NCBI GenBank assembly: GCA_051546255.1
Contig: CP128817.1
Span: forward strand, 434,001-498,000
Direction of reading: 5' to 3'
Source of the DNA: Meyerozyma guilliermondii
Lineage: Eukaryota
DNA length: 64,000 nt
The translations under genes and the position numbers were made by a program. Below the pieces are notes generated by a model. The model saw only the letters and a program-made list of their open reading frames with translations, was not told where the DNA came from and did not search any database. How positions within the stretch are numbered: position 1 is the stretch's first letter; every line of letters begins with the position of its first letter. Shown here one piece after another: positions 58,501 to 64,000 of this stretch.

Positions 58501-60990
58501 ATTTGTGGCCACATTAGGCGTAGAGCTGTCCAAATGGGTCACTTTGGTCTTAAGCCACTTTTCAACGTCCTTTGCTTTCAGTTTCTTACTCAAAGGTCCC
58601 GGGAAAGATTTCAAGATTTCCGTAAACGCACCGCCCGTGAGTTGCTTGATGTTTATGTTCCTCTGCATGTTCTTAGGAATCATAGAAACATTGTTATTGA
58701 GACCCCAGTTGAAGATTGGAAATTGTTTTTGAAACCTAATATTAGGGTCCACTGGCTTCAATTGTTGCGCAACTGCATTTCCATAAATGGAGCGAGGATT
58801 CGAAATCCGACGTAACCTACTAGCCGTGGCGGACAGATGAGCTGTCGGTGGTGCTACAGCGGACAAACTCGAAGCTTGATTTTGAGGCAGCATTTGCCCA
58901 CCACTTGCATTCACGGGAGAAAGAGCAGGGGCATAGGGATTGACCTCCTTACCTTTTGCTCCTACCAAAGAGCTCGCTCTGGAATGATGTCTGGTGTGGC
59001 CAGATGGTCCGTAAGGACCCACTTTGGGAACATATGGGCTAGAACCTGCATTTGACAACTTTCGAGGTTGTGATGTCGTATTGGGAGTTGCCAGCAACGA
59101 GTTTTGGGGTGCCGATTGTGGAAGTGGAGCTACCGATGCCATATCAGAAAATGGACCTGGAGCTACCACACCACCAATGGGGGCCACGGGAGGAACTGGA
59201 CCAACAGGTGCGTTGGGCAATGTAACTTGTGGGACAGCACTTGCTGGACTGGATGCTGCGGAGGGAGTCTTGAGGTTTTGCATGGCATATGGGTTGACAG
59301 GAGGCTGTGTTGGTTTCTTTTGAGCCTGTCCAACTGCCGGTTTTGCGGTCACAGGAGATGGCTTCGATGGCCCACTTCTTGCGGGTCTCACTGCAGCTCT
59401 TGGAGTAGGAATGGGGAGTTCCTCAAAGAATGACTTTTTGGCTGGAGACTTGGAAGGAGCCTGATTTGGTGCAGAACTGTGCGACTGAAGAGGTGGACGA
59501 TTCTCTTGTGCTACACCTGGAGCTGCTTGAGGGTGCAATGGTAGCGACGTAGTCAGCAGGGGTGGTGGAGCTGAAGCTGATGCCGAATTTGGAGAGCCAG
59601 CTGAGCCCGATGGTGCAGCATACTTGTTGTTCGTTCTTGGGGCTGGTTTAATTGACAGGTGTAGTAAATTTGATGGGAAATCATACGCATCATGTTTCTT
59701 TTTAGCTTCTTCAAGCTTTTTGTTAAACTCTTGAGCAGCAACTGGCTTGGAAAAAGACGATGAAGTTGACGTTGGCTGCAGTGGTCTGCTGTAACGAGAT
59801 GTAGTTGTAGTCTGTGGCTGGACTACTGTTGCGTTGCTGTTAATCTCTCCTTCGTCCTCCTCATCTGGTAATAAATCATCATCCAAAAGAAGGTCATCGT
59901 CTAATTCCAAGAATGCAAAGGAATCTTTCTTTTTAACTTGGCTTTCTTCGGCTGGCTCTGGTTCCTGCGAGCTGGGTGTCTTCGTATCCTGATTTCCATT
60001 GCTTGTTACAGGTTCCTGGTCTTTCACAATCTCTTGCAAGAAATCGTCGTCGTCTCCAGCAAAGAGCTCATCAAGCTCATTGGTCGAGTCTGGTTTTGGA
60101 GTAGGCGTTGAATCTGATTCGTGGACAGTGTGAGCCAGAGGAGCAACTGAGTCAGTTTCTTGCGCACCCTCAGAGGTATGCTGAGCATGAGCTTCGTGAC
60201 TATTTTCGTCGTAAGAGGGCCATGGGATACTTTCCTCGTTGCCATGAGTAATCGCTGTTTCTTCTTCATTAAACAGAGTAGAGACATGAGACTGTTCATG
60301 CTCTTCCGTACCCGAGGCAGGGGTCTGGTTGTGTTCAGAGTTTCCTAGGCTCGAAAAGAAATCGGCTCCTTCCTTCAGCTCTTCCCATGGGAATGACTCA
60401 CGACGCTCGTCCACCTCTTGTAATGGATCTACTAAGGGGGTTATCTCTTCTTGCGCATGAGTGCTGAAAAACTGCTCCGAAGTCTCGGGTCTGGATGCTA
60501 GTTCAGAAAAAAACGAATCATCTGCTGGAGCTCCTGTACTTTCATGGTTCTCAGTATTGGACACATTGTTGTGTTCCTGGACATTCTCTGGCACTGGAAG
60601 ACGGGTTTCAAGCTGTTCAGAATCAGCATGATGGCCGGCTTCATTGTGTGAACTATGAGAAGCCGACACTCGCAGGTCACGGCGAAGAAAGTCTTCACTA
60701 AATCCCGCCAGTTGACGAGCTACCGAAGCAATTGCATCATCTATGGACAGATGACGAGGGAGCACATCGTCTGCTTGCTGAAGAACACTTGTTCTTCTCT
60801 CGGAAACGGCATTGGGTTCGGTTTGAGCAACAATGGAATTTGGGCCGTCCAAATTCGTTGAACCAGGATTGTGATTATTATCACTTTTATAAACCAAGGG
60901 ATCACTTTCGGTTTCAGTTTGGTATCCCCCGTACATATTTGAGTTTTCTGACGCTTCGGGAGGCTGCTGGGCACCGGCGTCACTTTCCAT
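55513..60990 (-). CDS. SEC16: COPII scaffold Sec16
   Basis: Long disordered N-terminus, DAYDFP, central conserved domain (FPIFNW...SFPGPL...GDWALALII...YTEIYEY), and C-terminal KPIRAKMGE...YDEEMKAWI and LDDLLSL...RGYVNVM. Confidence 0.92.
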   Translation of the reverse strand: MESDAGAQQPPEASENSNMYGGYQTETESDPLVYKSDNNHNPGSTNLDGPNSIVAQTEPNAVSERRTSVLQQADDVLPRHLSIDDAIASVARQLAGFSEDFLRRDLRVSASHSSHNEAGHHADSEQLETRLPVPENVQEHNNVSNTENHESTGAPADDSFFSELASRPETSEQFFSTHAQEEITPLVDPLQEVDERRESFPWEELKEGADFFSSLGNSEHNQTPASGTEEHEQSHVSTLFNEEETAITHGNEESIPWPSYDENSHEAHAQHTSEGAQETDSVAPLAHTVHESDSTPTPKPDSTNELDELFAGDDDDFLQEIVKDQEPVTSNGNQDTKTPSSQEPEPAEESQVKKKDSFAFLELDDDLLLDDDLLPDEEDEGEINSNATVVQPQTTTTSRYSRPLQPTSTSSSFSKPVAAQEFNKKLEEAKKKHDAYDFPSNLLHLSIKPAPRTNNKYAAPSGSAGSPNSASASAPPPLLTTSLPLHPQAAPGVAQENRPPLQSHSSAPNQAPSKSPAKKSFFEELPIPTPRAAVRPARSGPSKPSPVTAKPAVGQAQKKPTQPPVNPYAMQNLKTPSAASSPASAVPQVTLPNAPVGPVPPVAPIGGVVAPGPFSDMASVAPLPQSAPQNSLLATPNTTSQPRKLSNAGSSPYVPKVGPYGPSGHTRHHSRASSLVGAKGKEVNPYAPALSPVNASGGQMLPQNQASSLSAVAPPTAHLSATASRLRRISNPRSIYGNAVAQQLKPVDPNIRFQKQFPIFNWGLNNNVSMIPKNMQRNINIKQLTGGAFTEILKSFPGPLSKKLKAKDVEKWLKTKVTHLDSSTPNVATNEAKLSDEVGEILAALVASNGDVRSQEFISTACSVLNPHHYSQVEAMATPQGSNHSATAYKLDNSGLNQLLTYCQAGQTDRALELCVAAGDWALALIISHSMGPQAFGKTASDFARTSYPFQKSQSKLNHLMPIILKVFSGNVKSIIEDFQNVATELEWVLLHWRDVVTLIAANAIQNGKVNEFLNEFGQLLASHGNFIGRDVCFILTGAPLSPSFSVVGGDSQMGLFYTEIYEYALSQRSAATANTLLPTLLVKLHHAQLLADYGLNVDSQRYCDQIGASLKTTKQQVPPAIIHEFQRLLVRVSDTGANDQSWYGGIGKINKMWGQLDKLISGDENTEKKGETGLFSKFSPSVSRNASTTDIHALDRPEFHSMVSSMSAPITPGEQYGRTPSSVAPVTSLLGVSSSQTSNPLTSVPRYAPPAKNSRPQQSPQQPTRSHDMAPHSGLRYAPSNASLLNLGNPEEAIQSRKPPSKYSRPAQVGAAFSYNNPVAEASSLSIGLYGSHAVPNPPPATQGHTKQPSFNSIVSNDYSVIRDHNRSPLVQSDISLDYPVDFRERIAELKQESEENADIKQLNEIPTNGNGNENTQAQSSKDQSSPLPYANQSGTTMDSTEVASQQSQQPPPPPPKLTQTPTQLPSRGPPPAVSRSPSQPPKANPYAPGARTNKPRGRNRYGPPSALGSNAPSVPEVNGNRALEEPKNVNPKVHEEKTSNIDDSFTSSYQEDTQMSLPLLMLNHNQGAINQTERPNSKFGLGDEFPIPGSPEVTTRANLVYGGHGGFFLSRLSQSQQSTMYQQYEVTDDTVQDYVPVVEEEDEEEDAPKSQSSQPAQNGSKSAANAKGQTGLFSIFGMRKNDGKPKPIRAKMGEPMKLVYDEEMKAWIDPSIPRDQQLKKAAPPPPPKMKTSAKPSNVPSVGEAPSQQHTPQTGPVLPPGNLSGPTPKPIGSGPKPPAPRAGTKPQLANANLDDLLSLSSQPGAAGRKPKRGARRGYVNVMEQ

Positions 60991-61488
60991 GGTTGTAACG
61001 ACAGCCTTTATGGTGTGGCCAAAGCGCGCAGCGTGTTCCCATTGTCGGTGTATGGATGTGAGGATCAGGCAAGATCAAGGTGGATGAGAATGAAAGACAG
61101 GTAGACAGGTGGAGACAGGGTGGACTAATGTGGTTGTTCGTTATAGTTGGTTTTGATTTTAAGAGATTTGAATTTTGATTTTCGAAATTTGGAAATTTTT
61201 TATTTTGGTAATTTTTCAGCTTTTTGCAGTAATTCAGTATTTCGCAACACTACTAGAGAGTAAGTGAGTTGCAAATGTCAATTAACGTAATATGAGACTA
61301 GATTTGTATTGGGTGACTGGATTCGTCTATAAACCATTTTCAAAGATTAATTTATTAATGCTATCAATTGATACAATCATCCCTTTCTATGTCTTATCTC
61401 ATCTACACAAAGACCTCGTAATTTCGCATTATAATATTCAATTAGCACCTGCATCTCCGATCGCCATGTTCAACGTCTGCCAAGTAAT

Positions 61489-61498
61489 CTAAAAATAG
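61489..61498. promoter_or_regulatory. Rlm1/MEF2 binding site CTAAAAATAG upstream of RLM1
   Basis: Exact CTA(W)4TAG; a second near-site, ATATAAATAG, lies at 61512-61521. Confidence 0.65.
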
Positions 61499-62068
61499 TT
61501 CTGACATTCCGATATAAATAGAAGCGGACAACAATGCAGAACCCCGAGATTAGATGCCCTCTCCATGCTCCATTAATAGATCCAGTGGAAACATCTAAAA
61601 GTACTTATAAAGGTGGTAGATTTCCCCTGCCCGTAATTACCTAAGATCACAGCCATGTAGGCTGACTGTGACTGCGCCCCGCTGTAGGTGGGGGCATGAT
61701 GTCAGGGACGAAAAAAAACGCTAAAAATTAGTGTTTTTTACGAACAATTACACAAGTTTATTGTTCAATTGCAACCTCTACCTTCACTATAATATAGTGA
61801 TAACTTTCTTTGGTAACCAGGTTTATGTGCCGGTGCACTCATTGGAATTTTAATCATCTGCGCGACTTTTGTTTCGATACAGCCTCATCGAACGGATCTA
61901 GGGACAAACACACCATCACTTCGACAACATCTAAAGCATTTTAAAGCTCAGAATTGCTATCAAGCTTCATATATTACTGTCATACTTCAACCATCAGAGC
62001 TCAAAGTGTGTTTCTTTGTCATTTTTACCTCACTAGTGATTCTTCAGTTCCCCTAATTTGTTTGAAAA

Positions 62069-63376
62069 ATGGGACGGAGAAAGATTGAAATCGAGCCAAT
62101 TACGGACGAGCGAAACCGGACAGTGACGTTTGTCAAGAGAAAGGCAGGTCTCTTCAAAAAAGCTCATGAATTGGCGGTTTTGTGCCAGGTTGATCTCGCG
62201 GTCATCATCCTTGGAAACAACTCCAAAGTGTACGAATACAGCAGCGTTGATACAGACGAGCTTTTGAAGACATACAAGCATATTGACATCAAGTACGAGG
62301 CCAAGTCGCCGGAAGATTATGGTGGCTACAAGAAAAAAAAGCATGTTGGAGGTGCTCCACTTATGGGCAATATTGGTGATTATGCCAACGATGAAGACGA
62401 AGATTCGGAGGCTGACTACGACTCATCCACTCCTCCTAGACGTAAGAAACGGAAGCGGGAGCTGGAACCCAGCATTCCTATCCGAATAGGTCGTCCATAT
62501 GGCGAGTCTGACCAAAGCTCAGTCGCCCCGCCTGCGCCTCCCCAGGTTCATGTGGACCATGTGGCCCACCAAAGGCCTGTATTGAGAGTGCAAATTCCTT
62601 CTGATGTCAAGGGTAAGATCGATGATAGCGCAAAGACCATTACTGCCATTGATGTTACTCGACAAGAAACTCCAGATAATTCCAATCTGGCAGTCAGCGA
62701 CAATAGTGATCGCAATGCCAATGGTAATACAACTCCCAGTATCAGAACCAAGTATTTGGACTCGTTCAAGCCAAATGATAGCCATAAACCTACATTGCCG
62801 TTGCCAGTCCAGAGTAAGAATCAACTCAGTCCGTCTAGTGCAACGGCACCTGGATTACCAGCAAGTGCCATGGCTCCTGGTTTCTATGGTCCACTTCCAC
62901 AGCCTCTGCCCGTAGGTGGTCCTACTTCGGGACAGCCGTACCAATGGCAGGTTCCTGGAGGTCCACCATCAGCTCAGCATTCGCCGTCTACACAAAATCT
63001 TCCCAAAATGCCCAATCCACCATTCAATAATTACAACAAATTACGACCTCTTCATGGCCAACAGTATCCTGTTTCTGTGCATCAGCCTTCCGGGGCTCCT
63101 GTAATGGGGGCAATAAATAACAATTCGGGCGGAGATCAGACTCCACAATCGGGACTACCATCTCGTTACGTTGACCTTTTTCCATCTCCATCAAATTTTT
63201 ATCCTCCTCAAGACTGGCCCCAACCAGGTATGACCCCCATGACCAATGGTATGCCTCAGTACTTTAATATGATGCCATCTGGTGGTCCATGGCAAGGCCG
63301 ACCTACACCACAGCAGGGAAAGCTGGAACCACTGCCGTCGCTGATGTATGAAGTCTACGATAAAAAAAAGGAATGA
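62069..63376 (+). CDS. RLM1: MEF2-type MADS-box transcription factor
   Basis: [43 protein letters not shown]-docking-like RPVLRVQIP and [22 protein letters not shown]. Confidence 0.92.
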   Translation: MGRRKIEIEPITDERNRTVTFVKRKAGLFKKAHELAVLCQVDLAVIILGNNSKVYEYSSVDTDELLKTYKHIDIKYEAKSPEDYGGYKKKKHVGGAPLMGNIGDYANDEDEDSEADYDSSTPPRRKKRKRELEPSIPIRIGRPYGESDQSSVAPPAPPQVHVDHVAHQRPVLRVQIPSDVKGKIDDSAKTITAIDVTRQETPDNSNLAVSDNSDRNANGNTTPSIRTKYLDSFKPNDSHKPTLPLPVQSKNQLSPSSATAPGLPASAMAPGFYGPLPQPLPVGGPTSGQPYQWQVPGGPPSAQHSPSTQNLPKMPNPPFNNYNKLRPLHGQQYPVSVHQPSGAPVMGAINNNSGGDQTPQSGLPSRYVDLFPSPSNFYPPQDWPQPGMTPMTNGMPQYFNMMPSGGPWQGRPTPQQGKLEPLPSLMYEVYDKKKE

Positions 63377-63498
63377 GATGTAAACTAGAGAGAGAAGCTA
63401 AGGGTTGAACATGTAACATTATAAACTCGTGTAACAATACAAGGTAGTAGTAAGTCGTACAGTTCTACTTGATATCCTGCATTTGCTTATCTTCCTCG

Positions 63499-63515
63499 TT
63501 AGGGCTCTGCCCTGG
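63499..63515. promoter_or_regulatory. Tbf1-like site in the RPS6 promoter
   Basis: TTAGGGCTCTGCCCTGG, an imperfect palindrome of TTAGGG half-sites about 130 bp upstream of the ATG. Confidence 0.55.
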
Positions 63516-63635
63516 CACGGGACCACTACCACAGATCCCCGCGACCCGCCGTCCTGTATACAGTTCTCAGAAAAAAAGACTAGCACGAAAATTTTCAGTT
63601 CACTTGTTGAAGTCTCAGGAATAGGAATCACCAGC

Positions 63636-64000
63636 ATGAAGGTAAGTTTCCACATTATGGTCCATATAACTCGAAAGATATACCAGCCCGTGCTATAGCC
63701 AAGTCTAAATGATCGATAGGATTTTTATCTTTGATACTAACTCAGTTAAACATCTCTTATCCCGCTAACGGTACCCAAAAGAGTATCGACATTGACGATG
63801 AACACAAATTGAGAGTCTTCTACGAGAAGCGTATGGGCCAAGAAGTCGAAGGTGACTCTGTCGGTGACGAGTTCAAGGGTTACATCTTCAGAATCACTGG
63901 TGGTAACGACAAGCAAGGTTTCCCAATGAAACAAGGTGTTATGCACCCAACCAGAGTTAAGTTGTTGTTGGCCAAGGGACACTCTTGTTACAGACCAAGA
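63636..64000 (+). CDS. RPS6: 40S ribosomal protein S6 (eS6), spliced: exon 1 63636-63641, exon 2 63746->64000 (3' truncated)
   Basis: [67 protein letters not shown]; not in the ORF track. Confidence 0.97.
63642..63745 (+). other. Spliceosomal intron (104 nt) of RPS6
   Basis: 5' splice site GTAAGT, branch point TACTAAC (63735-41) and 3' splice site CAG (63743-45); splicing restores the frame. Confidence 0.95.

Noticed and set aside
61331..61340. AAACCAT resembling the snR30 m2 motif
   Set aside because: No partner m1 motif or correctly placed hairpin and ACA box.
63746..63982. 78-aa minus-strand ORF
   Set aside because: Antisense shadow of RPS6 exon 2.
1..64000. tRNAs, LTRs/transposons, CRISPR arrays, horizontally acquired bacterial genes
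   Set aside because: None recognised by eye; the repeats found lack spacer structure or terminal-repeat hallmarks. A tRNAscan/RepeatMasker run would be needed to exclude degenerate copies.

Overview
This is a gene-dense, intron-poor eukaryotic window from a budding yeast of the CUG-Ser clade. CTG codons fall at conserved Ser positions in several genes, so the supplied ORF track mistranslates them as Leu. The compact spacing and mid-40s GC appearance would fit Meyerozyma, but that is inference only. About 32 protein genes are present, mostly conserved housekeeping orthologues: CRM1 (partial), YRB1, PHO81, LDB17, RPL4, YPT52, HSP10, UTP10, a PUT4-like permease, a PRY/CAP protein, IML2, GMH1, HEL1, RKM3, PAM16, SET3, YOR1, a BSC6-like MFS transporter, NTH1, COQ1, MRPL9, MRPL6, IMP3, SKG6/TOS2, a ferric reductase, NAT4, SEC16, RLM1 and a spliced, partial RPS6. 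Three ORFs are poorly characterised. Three features are absent from the ORF track: the U5 snRNA with a downstream AGGU-tetraloop (Rnt1-type) stem, an H/ACA snoRNA whose pocket matches 25S U2944 (snR37-like), and the intron-containing RPS6. Several clear cis-regulatory signals are visible (Pho4, Rlm1, Puf3, PAC/RRPE, iron-GATA, Tbf1). I saw no mobile element, tRNA or CRISPR array, and I cannot support a wholly new biological system. The best novelty candidates are the unannotated ncRNAs, the orphan ORFs, an overlapping uORF on SEC16, a zero-gap convergent gene pair and a CTAGA repeat ladder.
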